Virus record (IMG/VR): IMGVR_UViG_3300037321_000115
Strand: one strand, 5' to 3'
Length of the DNA stretch: 64,000 nt
DNA from: a virus
Lineage: Duplodnaviria; Heunggongvirae; Uroviricota; Caudoviricetes
Shown: positions 10,908 to 19,585 of the stretch, in pieces
Position numbering within the stretch: the first letter of the stretch is position 1
Layout of the letters: every line of letters begins with the position of its first letter
Program-made: the position numbers and the translations under genes
Notes under the pieces: generated by a model
Seen by the model: only the letters and a program-made list of their open reading frames with translations
Told to the model about the DNA's origin: nothing
The model's database searches: none

Positions 10908-10948
10908 CACGCTGAGAAAGGACATACAAGCATTCCTTTCTCAGCGTG
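10908..10948. other. Perfect 15-bp stem / 11-nt loop hairpin between the GapR-like gene and the endonuclease-like gene
   Basis: cacgctgagaaagga...tcctttctcagcgtg. No U-tract on either strand. Confidence 0.7.
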
Positions 10949-10962
10949 CATGTATTGTGTGG

Positions 10963-11259
10963 TTACATTCCCAACGCTTCTTTGTACATTTCAAGTACGG
11001 CCTCTTCTTCTTGAACGTCACCGTTACTACGCTTACGGAGTGCGATGATTTTCCGTAGAACTTTGGTGTCATACCCACGCCCTTTAGCTTCGGCCATCAC
11101 CTCTTTCTGAGCATCGCCAACGTCCGTCTTCTCAATCTGAAGACGCTCATATCGCTCAATGAATGAGCGGAGTTCGTCCGCTGTCACGCTATATGTTGTG
11201 TCGTTTGCTGTGTCTGTTGTTACGTCGTTCATAATATATTGCCTTTCAAGCAGTTTCAT
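10963..11259 (-). CDS. GapR-like (DUF2312) nucleoid-associated DNA-binding protein
   Basis: 98 aa. ADELRSFIERYERLQIEKTDVGDAQKEVMAEAKGRGYDTKVLRKIIALRK fits the DUF2312/GapR pattern of alphaproteobacteria and their phages. Confidence 0.65.
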   Translation of the reverse strand: MKLLERQYIMNDVTTDTANDTTYSVTADELRSFIERYERLQIEKTDVGDAQKEVMAEAKGRGYDTKVLRKIIALRKRSNGDVQEEEAVLEMYKEALGM

Positions 11260-11261
11260 TG

Positions 11262-11690
11262 TTATTTGTGTAGATTGTAGTGTTTTAGAATGTCAGAGGC
11301 GGCTGTGTGTAGGCTTTTGTCTTCGATAAAAACGTATCCACATGTGTTGAGTGGGATGTGGTGGACTGCATATCCATCGAGTATTGGATAGGTAGGATCG
11401 TGAACAACACCTGCAACGTGTCCGTAACCATAGAGCAATTCGATTGAATCCTCAATGCTACTCATCGTCTGTCCTTCTAACACGAGGACAGTACCAAATC
11501 CCTGAGCCGTTTCGTTCTGCCATTTTTCAAAAGCGTCACTTAGTGGTTGAGAGTTTGTGTTTGTCTCTATTGCTTTGTTGCAAGCCTTTACAAACGCATT
11601 AGATGCGTGGGACGCTTGGGCCATTGCCTTGCCTGAATTCATCGAGTCGAGATCTGTTCTCATTATGATGTAGAGTACAGGGACAGTCAT
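11262..11690 (-). CDS. PTH2-family peptidyl-tRNA hydrolase-like protein
   Basis: 142 aa. IIMRTDLDSMNSGKAMAQASHAS matches the PTH2 signature (V/I)(V/I)xRTDLxMxxGKxxAQxxHA. Confidence 0.55.
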   Translation of the reverse strand: MTVPVLYIIMRTDLDSMNSGKAMAQASHASNAFVKACNKAIETNTNSQPLSDAFEKWQNETAQGFGTVLVLEGQTMSSIEDSIELLYGYGHVAGVVHDPTYPILDGYAVHHIPLNTCGYVFIEDKSLHTAASDILKHYNLHK

Positions 11691-12047
11691 TGTGTTGGTT
11701 TGTCCTTTGTTGTCAACATGCGTACAAGATCCCCAACAACTGCAATTGTGAGCGTAGTGGATATTACTCCTGCAATCAACAGGTGACCCATCATAAACAT
11801 GTGATAACCTGCAATTCCAACAAACACTTGACCTAACAGCACATTTCCTGGTAGTATTTTAGCTTTCCCTTCTGCCTTTCTATGAGAAATTCCCAACATT
11901 ACAGAACTTGCAAGTACGAGAACGATAACGTGTATGCTAAGCAGTCCAAACAGTAGATAAGTACCACCTACAAAACCGTGTGTAGAAAGATAGAGACCTG
12001 CTGCGTATAACGCAGCAACAAATACATGTGCGATTGGTGTTCTCCTT
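11687..12047 (-). pseudogene. Small multi-pass membrane protein with a disrupted 5' end (frame break or non-canonical start)
   Basis: The hydrophobic frame is open from about 12040 to 11687. The only ATG behind the AAAGGAG RBS (about 12025) is in a different frame and terminates after 19 codons. The tracked ORF 11687-11899 is just the first in-frame Met. Confidence 0.3.
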
Positions 12048-12359
12048 TTATTGCAATGTAGGATGTGCGGACATGTTCAGAAACAGATCTGCAGCAAGGT
12101 CCGCATGTCCTGCCTTAATTAGATCGACCACTGTCACATAATGTTCGCGATGTGGACACGGAACAACAACATATTCAACATTGTTTTTCATGTGTTTAAG
12201 ATAATTGCGAACGTACTTCTTAGCATCATCTTTGCTTCTGAATCCATATGCTTTTGTGGCAAGCGTCGCGTCGCTGTAACTGAAAATTGCAATGCCTGCA
12301 TGATTGCCAAGAAAGATTCCTAGGTTCTGTTCTACGATGATTGTTAGTTTATTTTTCAT
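12048..12359 (-). CDS. Hypothetical protein
   Basis: 103-aa ORF in a co-oriented compact array. No recognisable motif. Confidence 0.4.
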   Translation of the reverse strand: MKNKLTIIVEQNLGIFLGNHAGIAIFSYSDATLATKAYGFRSKDDAKKYVRNYLKHMKNNVEYVVVPCPHREHYVTVVDLIKAGHADLAADLFLNMSAHPTLQ

Positions 12360-12459
12360 AGTTTTCCTTCAAATACAATGGTAACAATCGTGTGCAGAAG
12401 GCTGAAAAGGCGGTTACGTATACTCACCAATTCATAGGATCAACGTAGAGAGATTTCAG

Positions 12460-13116
12460 TTAAAGGTCAACAGAGTTGCGAACGACAACAAATTTTGGCA
12501 ACCAGTCTCTCGCCTTCTCGATGAACACCAAAGAATCAGAATCGTCCACGGACATGACAATTACAATGTTCTTCGGCACGACGTTGGTCCGCTCATAAAC
12601 CATGTATGCATAGCAACTCGCTTGCATAAAGTAACCGTGAATTTCTTCGTGCTTCTTAACTCTTCTGCTTGTTTTGAAGTCTACAATTGCCCACTCATTG
12701 TCCCACTTCGCAAGGCAATCAACTCTACCTGCTACACGAAACTTGTCTGAATAAAGGGGAATCTCTAAGCCGCCAACTGTTGTAATGTGTTTGTCTAAGT
12801 GGGGCTTCATATCAAGGAAGTTTGCAATGTTTACAGGCATGTGACCTTTTTTGTATAGCGGATCGTTTTTTAGATACTGCTCACATATCTCGTGTACAGC
12901 AGTCCCTCTACGATTAGCTTGTGCCAACACTTTATCAGCCTCAACGTCACCGACTCGATCTCTCCACCTCTGAATAAATGACTTATCTGTGCCGTGTCCT
13001 ATAACTGTAGTGACAGACGGATACACGTCGCCGTTAGGTGTGGTGTAGAAGCGCCCCTTCTCGGTCAATTCAGCACTTAGTTCAGGAAGATCAAAATTAG
13101 TTTCATGATTAAACAC
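12460..13116 (-). CDS. PD-(D/E)XK nuclease (Cas4/RecB-like phage exonuclease family)
   Basis: 218 aa. Motifs VDFKTS (D-x-K) and QASCYAYM (QxxxY) typical of Cas4-like PDDEXK_1 nucleases. No Cys cluster. Confidence 0.65.
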   Translation of the reverse strand: MFNHETNFDLPELSAELTEKGRFYTTPNGDVYPSVTTVIGHGTDKSFIQRWRDRVGDVEADKVLAQANRRGTAVHEICEQYLKNDPLYKKGHMPVNIANFLDMKPHLDKHITTVGGLEIPLYSDKFRVAGRVDCLAKWDNEWAIVDFKTSRRVKKHEEIHGYFMQASCYAYMVYERTNVVPKNIVIVMSVDDSDSLVFIEKARDWLPKFVVVRNSVDL

Positions 13117-13119
13117 GAG

Positions 13120-13599
13120 TTAGTCCTTTATCTCACGTATTACAATTTTATCAAATTTTGGCCTGAAGTCTGGTAGCTCCATTTTAGAGACGTCTTTTCG
13201 TTCCCTTACATACGACAGGGAGATGTGTGGTCGGTATCTTGGATACTTATCTTCTAGTCCAAGTCTTTCGAAATGTTCACGGATGTCTTTTAGTCTGCCT
13301 GAATACGAAAGAATGAGCACAGGTATATCTTTGTTGTCGCCAAACATGTCAAAGCCTGTAACAAATACTTCTGTCTCACTCTCGCTCATTTCTTGGTTTC
13401 TAAGATAAACGTCGTTCGTGGAATAGAATATTGTTGTGTGAAAGTTAAAGTCTGTTGGATCTTGGTCTGCACCGTTGAAACCTATGCTTAGGTCAAACCC
13501 ATTGTTTTGAGCCCATTCCCGGAGTCGGTTCTGCGATTCCTTTGTGTAATTGACACAAACGTATTTACGCGTTGTCATGTATTCTTTTAACGATTTCAT
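13120..13599 (-). CDS. 2H phosphoesterase (LigT/cyclic phosphodiesterase superfamily). Candidate Acb1-like enzyme or RNA-repair CPDase.
   Basis: 159 aa with two H-x-(T/S)-x motifs (FHTTIFYS and PHISLSY) about 75 aa apart, diagnostic of the 2H fold. Confidence 0.65.
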   Translation of the reverse strand: MKSLKEYMTTRKYVCVNYTKESQNRLREWAQNNGFDLSIGFNGADQDPTDFNFHTTIFYSTNDVYLRNQEMSESETEVFVTGFDMFGDNKDIPVLILSYSGRLKDIREHFERLGLEDKYPRYRPHISLSYVRERKDVSKMELPDFRPKFDKIVIREIKD

Positions 13600-13601
13600 T
13601 G

Positions 13602-13907
13602 TTATCCTCCAGCAGAGCAGGTAGGTGACCCTGTTGCGACGGCACCTGCATCAGCTGAATCGTTCACTCTTGCGATTGCGATCCCTTGACAGAAAACCTT
13701 TGATGATCCTTGATTTATGACAGCGCTATGTGCCACACAGCTTCCACCTGATAGTATTGTGTGAGAAGCAATTGCGTCGCCCATAACAGCGGCAGGAGAA
13801 CCGTTTATAAAAACCTTGGTTTGTAGTTGACCTTCTATCCCCGCGATACTATCACATCCGTGTCCTGTGTTCACATTATCCACACTGACTCTTGCTACTG
13901 CTGACAT
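13602..13907 (-). CDS. PAAR-repeat spike-tip protein (gp5.4-like)
   Basis: 101 aa, Gly/Ala/Cys/His-rich: TGHGCDSIAGIEG...INGSPAAVMGDAIASH...CVAHSAV. Typical PAAR. Confidence 0.7.
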   Translation of the reverse strand: MSAVARVSVDNVNTGHGCDSIAGIEGQLQTKVFINGSPAAVMGDAIASHTILSGGSCVAHSAVINQGSSKVFCQGIAIARVNDSADAGAVATGSPTCSAGG

Positions 13908-13968
13908 TATGATGTTCCACTCTTATAGTCTACACAACTATTTATACCCAATTGAAGTAGATGCGAGA

Positions 13969-14005
13969 CAAGGGGCATGTCAATCAGAGAAAAACATGCC
14001 CCTTG
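13969..14005. other. 11-bp perfect-stem hairpin immediately downstream of phoH
   Basis: caaggggcatg-(15 nt)-catgccccttg. Confidence 0.6.
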
Positions 14006-14010
14006 GTTGC

Positions 14011-14739
14011 TTAGGCTGCTTCTTTAGCTATCAAGTACTCCTTGACGAGTCCTGATCTAACCACATCGTTTATGGTGAATTCAATGGTTTGAACAGAGGA
14101 CATGTTGTTGAGAACCTTCACAAAGTCTTTCAGACCTGATACGTCATTTCGTCCTCTACCACCTGTTTTCAGGTCGTCTTGCTTCACATCACCGCAGAAA
14201 ATGATGCGAGATCCTTCGCCCACACGCGTTATGATACTATCGAGCTCGTGGTACGTGCATGACTGACATTCGTCGACAATAATCAGCGCATCGTCAAACG
14301 TAAGTCCGCGAATAAACGATGTGCTCATAAACCTAATAGTGTTCTTTTGTTTCATAATTTCATAAGCGTCACCACGTCCAAACAACTCATTAACAATGTC
14401 AGCGTATGGTGACTCGAAATATGCCATCTTTTCCTTTGCGTCGCCTGGCAGGTGACCCTGCTCCCGCGATTGGACCGATGATCTGACGATGATAATCTCT
14501 TTGTAGTCATTGTTTGCCATAACGTCTTTAAGTGCCAAATAGAGAGCTGTGAACGTTTTTCCTGTTCCTGCTGAGCCAATTGCAAGGATGTTTTTTCCTT
14601 CTTCGTACGCTTCAAACAACAAGTCTTGGTTGTCTGTGATAGGTGCAATTTGCTTCATGCCAAATTTCACATTCAGTATTTGGTTAGCTTCTCTAGTGTG
14701 TTGCTTTTTTCTTGTTTTGGTCATACGTCTAATGGACAT
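14011..14739 (-). CDS. phoH: PhoH-like ATPase
   Basis: 242 aa. Walker A GSAGTGKTFTA. PhoH-type layout (IIVDECQSCT, GGRGRN). Common in marine T4-like phages. Confidence 0.9.
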   Translation of the reverse strand: MSIRRMTKTRKKQHTREANQILNVKFGMKQIAPITDNQDLLFEAYEEGKNILAIGSAGTGKTFTALYLALKDVMANNDYKEIIIVRSSVQSREQGHLPGDAKEKMAYFESPYADIVNELFGRGDAYEIMKQKNTIRFMSTSFIRGLTFDDALIIVDECQSCTYHELDSIITRVGEGSRIIFCGDVKQDDLKTGGRGRNDVSGLKDFVKVLNNMSSVQTIEFTINDVVRSGLVKEYLIAKEAA

Positions 14740-14778
14740 GTGAACTCCTATTTTTGTTAAAGAAACGGAAGGACGTGG

Positions 14779-15015
14779 TTAGAATGTGTTGATTGAATCC
14801 TTTTTATGGTGATGTTGGACAGTTCTCAATACATCGCGAAAGCCATCGTCAGGCTTTCTAAGGCCCAAACGTACAGGATCGCCGAAGCTTGGGAATTTTG
14901 TGAATACTTGTTTGTATGTGGGATTGTCGGACAAATATTTGTCCAGTTCTGCAAACTTGATGTTTACTTCAAAAACATCGTCAGTTTCTTTGTTCATGAT
15001 ACTATATATTGGCAT
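14779..15015 (-). CDS. Hypothetical protein
   Basis: 78-aa ORF. No motif. Confidence 0.35.
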   Translation of the reverse strand: MPIYSIMNKETDDVFEVNIKFAELDKYLSDNPTYKQVFTKFPSFGDPVRLGLRKPDDGFRDVLRTVQHHHKKDSINTF

Positions 15016-15021
15016 TTGCCC

Positions 15022-15058
15022 TCCAAAAAAGCGAAAAGCGGTTCTGTAAAAGAACCGC
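15022..15058 (-). terminator. Rho-independent terminator (minus strand) downstream of the HAD hydrolase gene
   Basis: Minus sense: GCGGTTCT-TTTAC-AGAACCGC followed by TTTTCGCTTTTTTGG. Confidence 0.75.
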
Positions 15059-15093
15059 TCAATTGTGTCTCATTACAACAGATCTTTACAAAT

Positions 15094-15687
15094 CTATTTA
15101 TGTGTAGATACAATAAGTTCGTAAAGATTGGCCCAGTTTTTTACACGAACAACACCTTTTTCTTCTTCAGCTTGGCGGTTGTACCAATGATCCATTATAT
15201 AAGGTGTGAGACCAACTTTCTGGCCTGTGAGGACATTAGAGTACAAATCTTCGACCCATGGAGCGCCCGATCCTGCATACTGTGCAAGTATCGCCTCCTT
15301 GTTAGTACTCTTTGTGACACAGTCAATTTTCTTGATTGCATTCGAACCGAATATTCCATCAATGTTTTGATGTCGCATTTTTTTAATGTGATCTGAATCA
15401 GGAATAGCAGTTACACAGTGAAAGACGTATCCATGCTCCACGTGAAGTTTTCTTACGTATTTTCTTGCATCTCTGAAAGAAGGGAGCAATCCAATATATT
15501 TACTGTTGTGGAAACTGACAATCTCTTTGTGTGCGTCGGAGGACGTAATACCATACACATCTTCGATCCTATACATTGATCGGTTTTTCTTTTTGTAGTT
15601 TCTGGATCGCATCCATCGTTCGAAAGACACGATCCAGTTCAAGAGAACACCGTCAACATCCACAAGGATGGTTCGTTCACTGTTCAT
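15094..15687 (-). CDS. HAD-superfamily hydrolase / nucleotidase-like
   Basis: 197 aa. N-terminal VDVDGVLLNW matches HAD motif I (DxDGxL). Confidence 0.55.
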   Translation of the reverse strand: MNSERTILVDVDGVLLNWIVSFERWMRSRNYKKKNRSMYRIEDVYGITSSDAHKEIVSFHNSKYIGLLPSFRDARKYVRKLHVEHGYVFHCVTAIPDSDHIKKMRHQNIDGIFGSNAIKKIDCVTKSTNKEAILAQYAGSGAPWVEDLYSNVLTGQKVGLTPYIMDHWYNRQAEEEKGVVRVKNWANLYELIVSTHK

Positions 15688-15839
15688 CTGTGTCGTTTAC
15701 TGACTGCTGTTCGCTCAGCTTCTTCCGTCGTTGATCACGTCTCGATTCCATTTTTTTGTGCTTTTCGCGGATGTCGTTGTCTTGATCGTCCCAATCGCCG
15801 TACGAATCTTCACGGAATTTGCGGAATGATTTTGCCATC

Positions 15840-16277
15840 TTATAGATCCTCTTTAGCTTCAGATTTCAAGTTTAATTCAGGGAACGCTTCAGCTACAACA
15901 GTACGTGACATACCCTTTAGTGACTTCTGTGCAATCATTTGACACAGAAGGTCTGCGTCATTGTCGTCCACATCTTCAAGTAGGGAAATGAACAACTGTT
16001 CCCTCTTCGTCTGTTGAAGGTTGTCGTATCCGCCACCTTCAATGAAGATTTTAAGGCGGCGTGTCTCCTTATATAGCATCCCTTCTACACCAATATAACC
16101 ATTCTTCTTCCACGGTGGGGCAGAATCAGGAATCAACATCCGTACGTCTTTATTATACATGATGTTGAGCACAGTCAACAGTGGAACGCTTTTATTTGAT
16201 TGAAGCCAGTCAATTTTTTCCTGTTTGGTAGGGAGTTTAATTGTTTTGTTTACAATTTCTGATAGTGATAGTAGCAT
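15840..16277 (-). CDS. Hypothetical protein
   Basis: 145-aa ORF co-oriented with neighbours. Confidence 0.4.
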   Translation of the reverse strand: MLLSLSEIVNKTIKLPTKQEKIDWLQSNKSVPLLTVLNIMYNKDVRMLIPDSAPPWKKNGYIGVEGMLYKETRRLKIFIEGGGYDNLQQTKREQLFISLLEDVDDNDADLLCQMIAQKSLKGMSRTVVAEAFPELNLKSEAKEDL

Positions 16278-16278
16278 G

Positions 16279-17139
16279 TTAATAGTCCTGTATATCTGTC
16301 ATGAGGTGTTTGAGTTGCTTCTGAATGAAGTAGTTGAAGAGTTTAGAGCGTCCAATGTTTTTTTCTTTGTTATACGCGGTAATGATCTCTTGACGAAAAT
16401 TCTCAGGCGTTTCGCCAAGATCGATCAACTGCTTGTTCCGATCAAAGCGTCCTCGTGTCTCCTCGTCCATGTTGTCACGCGATTTTGAAAACAGACTAAG
16501 CTTTATAGCAGTCATTGATTTTTGACGTTGGCCAATTGCCAGACAATTGTCTGGAGACAATGCATTTGGAACGCCATCGCCTCTGTCACCCTTGAGAATG
16601 TGCTCGACGAGGTATTGATCAGGATTGTCGTGACGAATGAATTTTTTTCGTGTAGGGTCGTACTGATCGATGTTAGCATATTTTTGCAACTGAATATAGT
16701 CTTTGTCTCCTGAAAGGATCAGATACTTTTCACTGCCGTTGTTTAACTGTGTGCCGTTTTCGTGGCAGACAACGCCGATGATGTCGTCTGCTTCGCATTG
16801 ATCGACGTTAATGACCTTGTATGGGAAGTGGTCAGACAATTCTTCTCTGATGTTGTTTATGATTCCAAACAGTTCACTCCAGTTTAGTTCAGATTTCTCG
16901 CGATCAGATCTACGCGACGCCTTGTAGTATGGAAACAACTCGCGACGCCATGAATTCTTGCCATCGCAACAGATTACCAACTCGCCATATGTTTGAGCAA
17001 ACTTCATTCTGTTGTGGCGTAGCGACACAAGGAACATGTGTCGAATCAGATCTTCAGATATCTCTACGTTCGTGTGATTGCCGATGCTGGCAAATAGCGA
17101 CGCGATTATGACCTGGCTGTAGTCCATTAGTATTGGCAC
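16279..17139 (-). CDS. rnh: RNase H / FEN-type 5'-3' exonuclease (T4 rnh-like)
   Basis: 286 aa. N-terminal ILMDYSQVIIASLF and acidic clusters (CEADDIIG, LSGDKDY) match the T4 RNase H / flap endonuclease layout. Confidence 0.8.
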   Translation of the reverse strand: MPILMDYSQVIIASLFASIGNHTNVEISEDLIRHMFLVSLRHNRMKFAQTYGELVICCDGKNSWRRELFPYYKASRRSDREKSELNWSELFGIINNIREELSDHFPYKVINVDQCEADDIIGVVCHENGTQLNNGSEKYLILSGDKDYIQLQKYANIDQYDPTRKKFIRHDNPDQYLVEHILKGDRGDGVPNALSPDNCLAIGQRQKSMTAIKLSLFSKSRDNMDEETRGRFDRNKQLIDLGETPENFRQEIITAYNKEKNIGRSKLFNYFIQKQLKHLMTDIQDY

Positions 17140-17517
17140 TTATTCATCTCCGTTATCATTTTTATCGAATGATTGAGCATCTGCTGTAATCAGATGGAGG
17201 TCAACGTCAGAACCGCGGTAAATTTTATCAGCATAGTCTTGATGTGAATGGTGAATGTTCATTAATTTCAGTTGGAAAGACTGCAACGCCCCCATTACAA
17301 GAGTCAATGATGGATACACATCGTCAATATCAATATCTGCACCTGTCCGCTGCATTTCACCAAAGATGTAATTCAAGAGTGTGTCTGAAATCTCCTTAGC
17401 CAAAGGAGATTCTAATTCGAAGATCTGATCTACTATATTATCTTCAGTTTGAAGTGTGGACGGTTTTACAGTTTTGCCATTAGGAAATTTTACGATGTTA
17501 CTGTATTGATCGAGCAT
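17140..17517 (-). CDS. Hypothetical protein
   Basis: 125-aa ORF. Confidence 0.4.
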   Translation of the reverse strand: MLDQYSNIVKFPNGKTVKPSTLQTEDNIVDQIFELESPLAKEISDTLLNYIFGEMQRTGADIDIDDVYPSLTLVMGALQSFQLKLMNIHHSHQDYADKIYRGSDVDLHLITADAQSFDKNDNGDE

Positions 17518-17539
17518 TGTAGTATCTTTCAGATGTGAA

Positions 17540-17572
17540 AGAATGAGTAAAGGTCAATGCTCTACTCATTCT
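17540..17572. other. 10-bp perfect-stem hairpin 20 nt upstream of the 17140-17517 gene
   Basis: agaatgagta-(13 nt)-tactcattct. Confidence 0.6.
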
Positions 17573-17786
17573 AGGTTAATGTTTTCTTACTTTGCCACAA
17601 ACGTTTCACTTGCGCGATCTTTCGATGTGCCGCGATTCAAGTTGTTGGTCCGGACAATAATGAACGGACGACTTGAATCTGTTTTGTGATGGTCAACCAC
17701 GCGTTTTCACCGTTAAGCTACGAGTAGAGGTCGATGTACAGTTGCGCTGACCTTTTGAGGTGTAGTTTTTCCCATGATGTATTCCT

Positions 17787-17999
17787 TTATTCGACAGGTT
17801 CGAGTTTCAACAGTGACAAGTCGTGCATTATACGGTAGTTTAGATTAATCAAATCAGCCTCAGGATCGAGTCTTAACATTCCTACCAATCTGTCCATGTA
17901 TACTAATTCTCGATTGTGTTCTGTAGCAATCTTAATGCATTCTAGGAGCGTCTCCACATCATACGGATTTTCTAGAAACAGCATCTTTTTTGTTGACAT
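17787..17999 (-). CDS. Hypothetical small protein
   Basis: 70-aa ORF. Confidence 0.35.
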   Translation of the reverse strand: MSTKKMLFLENPYDVETLLECIKIATEHNRELVYMDRLVGMLRLDPEADLINLNYRIMHDLSLLKLEPVE

Positions 18000-18055
18000 T
18001 CATTTCCTCTTTTCATAAAGATTTCATTTGCTGATATTTATAGGTAAGAGCATTC

Positions 18056-18259
18056 TCACACAAACTCAGCAAACGCCTCCTGCCACTCTGTGGTTGTAAT
18101 TCCTGACAGGATAAAGTCTCGGTCGTTGTCGGACAGGTATGGCATCAACTCTTCAATGCTGCCCAACCCAAGGTCCCACAAGACCACGTCATTGGGATCA
18201 ACAGGAATGTCCTGTTGACGTTCGACTCCTGTAATGACGCTCACACGTTTGATTAGCAT
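18056..18259 (-). CDS. Hypothetical small protein. Start more likely at the second ATG (MLIKRV) behind a GGAGGG RBS.
   Basis: ORF 18056-18274. RBS spacing favours ATG at 18259. Confidence 0.35.
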   Translation of the reverse strand: MLIKRVSVITGVERQQDIPVDPNDVVLWDLGLGSIEELMPYLSDNDRDFILSGITTTEWQEAFAEFV

Positions 18260-18567
18260 ATTGTAGCCCTCCATAATATAAAATTTAGATCACGTGTTCA
18301 GATGGCCTACATGGTCGTCGATGAGGCTGTTAATTTTGGACAATTGATTTCCTTGTACATTAAAGGTAGTACATCTGTCAAAGAATGTCAATCATATTAA
18401 CCGATTGTACGTCGTTAAGATTTTTCAGGCGATTCAGTACATTATCGAGCATCAGCACAACGTGTATCCTATTTGATCTACTCTTGAAACATCCCCTACA
18501 AAGGGGACGCTGTCAACCACAAATAAGAATGTGACTGTACGCTTTTTGCAGTTGACTTAATTTGCAT

Positions 18568-19158
18568 TTAGACGATAATAGAGTTACGCTCTAAGATAAA
18601 GGGTAGAGGGTGCTGTTCGTTGAAGCAGTGTTTTGCCAAATAGTACGCGTCGACCATGTCTGATACGGGATTCCAATTCTTTTTTTCTTCTTGGCCGAGA
18701 ATATTGAACAGATTGAGGGAGGTCTCCTCGATGAAAGAATCCCACATTTTTTCTTTGTTGGAATTTCCTTTAGATGTGGCTAATTTTTTAATTACAGTGG
18801 GCGGTGTGACTGCAAATGGAATATTACTTTTCCATATTGCTTGCTTTAGTGTTCCACCATTCTCCGCGATTTGGAATAGTCTACTTGAGCTACTTCCATA
18901 GCTATAACCTTCTATCATCACGGAAGAAACTTGGTGTTCAAGGAGAACACCAAGTGACCATTTTGCTAAGTTGTCAAATCTTTGCTCAAGCAAAGACCAT
19001 TCAGGATATAGACTTCCGCGCAGCTGTTTTGTAACCACGAGGTGTTTGTCTCTTTGAACGATGTAATGGAAGGTGCAATTGTCAATTGACCACTCTGCAC
19101 CATCGTGAACGCATATCGATGGTGATGTCATACTGTAATCAATGCCTGCAAGAATCAT
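18568..19158 (-). CDS. RuvC-like Holliday junction resolvase
   Basis: 196 aa. N-terminal ILAGIDYSMTSPSICV (RuvC/YqgF motif I), EGYS and C-terminal DMVDAYYLAKH acidic motifs. Confidence 0.5.
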   Translation of the reverse strand: MILAGIDYSMTSPSICVHDGAEWSIDNCTFHYIVQRDKHLVVTKQLRGSLYPEWSLLEQRFDNLAKWSLGVLLEHQVSSVMIEGYSYGSSSSRLFQIAENGGTLKQAIWKSNIPFAVTPPTVIKKLATSKGNSNKEKMWDSFIEETSLNLFNILGQEEKKNWNPVSDMVDAYYLAKHCFNEQHPLPFILERNSIIV

Positions 19159-19192
19159 AAACGTCCCCTTTTAGGCTTATTTATTAACCTAA

Positions 19193-19582
19193 TCAGCCTT
19201 CGATCGATCGATCGCGCTCAATTGCTTTTGTGGGATCAGCACCTCTCCAATCAGGCCATGTTCGTTGCTCATTCCTGGATTGTTTTTCTTGAATGAGCAA
19301 CGTGATAATTTCAGGGATGTTGTCCCAATTGTTCTCCAATGCCTTTTTGCCTCCGCTTGTATACATTCCAATGTATGGGTCTTGACCGTCATAAGCTAGG
19401 CTTCTCCACAAACCATCAAGGGAAAGAAGTACAAGATCCACCCATTCGCGTGGATCACCTGCCTCTTTAACTTCGACTAGTTCTTTGGTAATATGGTCTG
19501 TTACTCCGCCTAGGCGATCGCCTGGTCCATATGTAGCCCTACTGAAGGCCATCTGTCGTCTTAAATGGTCGTGTAGATTCAT
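19193..19582 (-). CDS. mazG: MazG-like nucleoside triphosphate pyrophosphohydrolase
   Basis: 129 aa. HITKELVEVKEAGDPREWVDLVLLSLDGL fits the MazG EExxE/D metal-binding helix. Confidence 0.45.
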   Translation of the reverse strand: MNLHDHLRRQMAFSRATYGPGDRLGGVTDHITKELVEVKEAGDPREWVDLVLLSLDGLWRSLAYDGQDPYIGMYTSGGKKALENNWDNIPEIITLLIQEKQSRNEQRTWPDWRGADPTKAIERDRSIEG

Positions 19583-19585
19583 TAT

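Noticed and set aside
18553-18584. Near-consensus sigma70 promoter TTGACT-N16-GATAAT on the plus strand
   Set aside because: It points antisense into the minus-strand RuvC-like gene. The region is AT-rich and all flanking genes are on the other strand, so I treat it as a chance match. An antisense RNA cannot be excluded.
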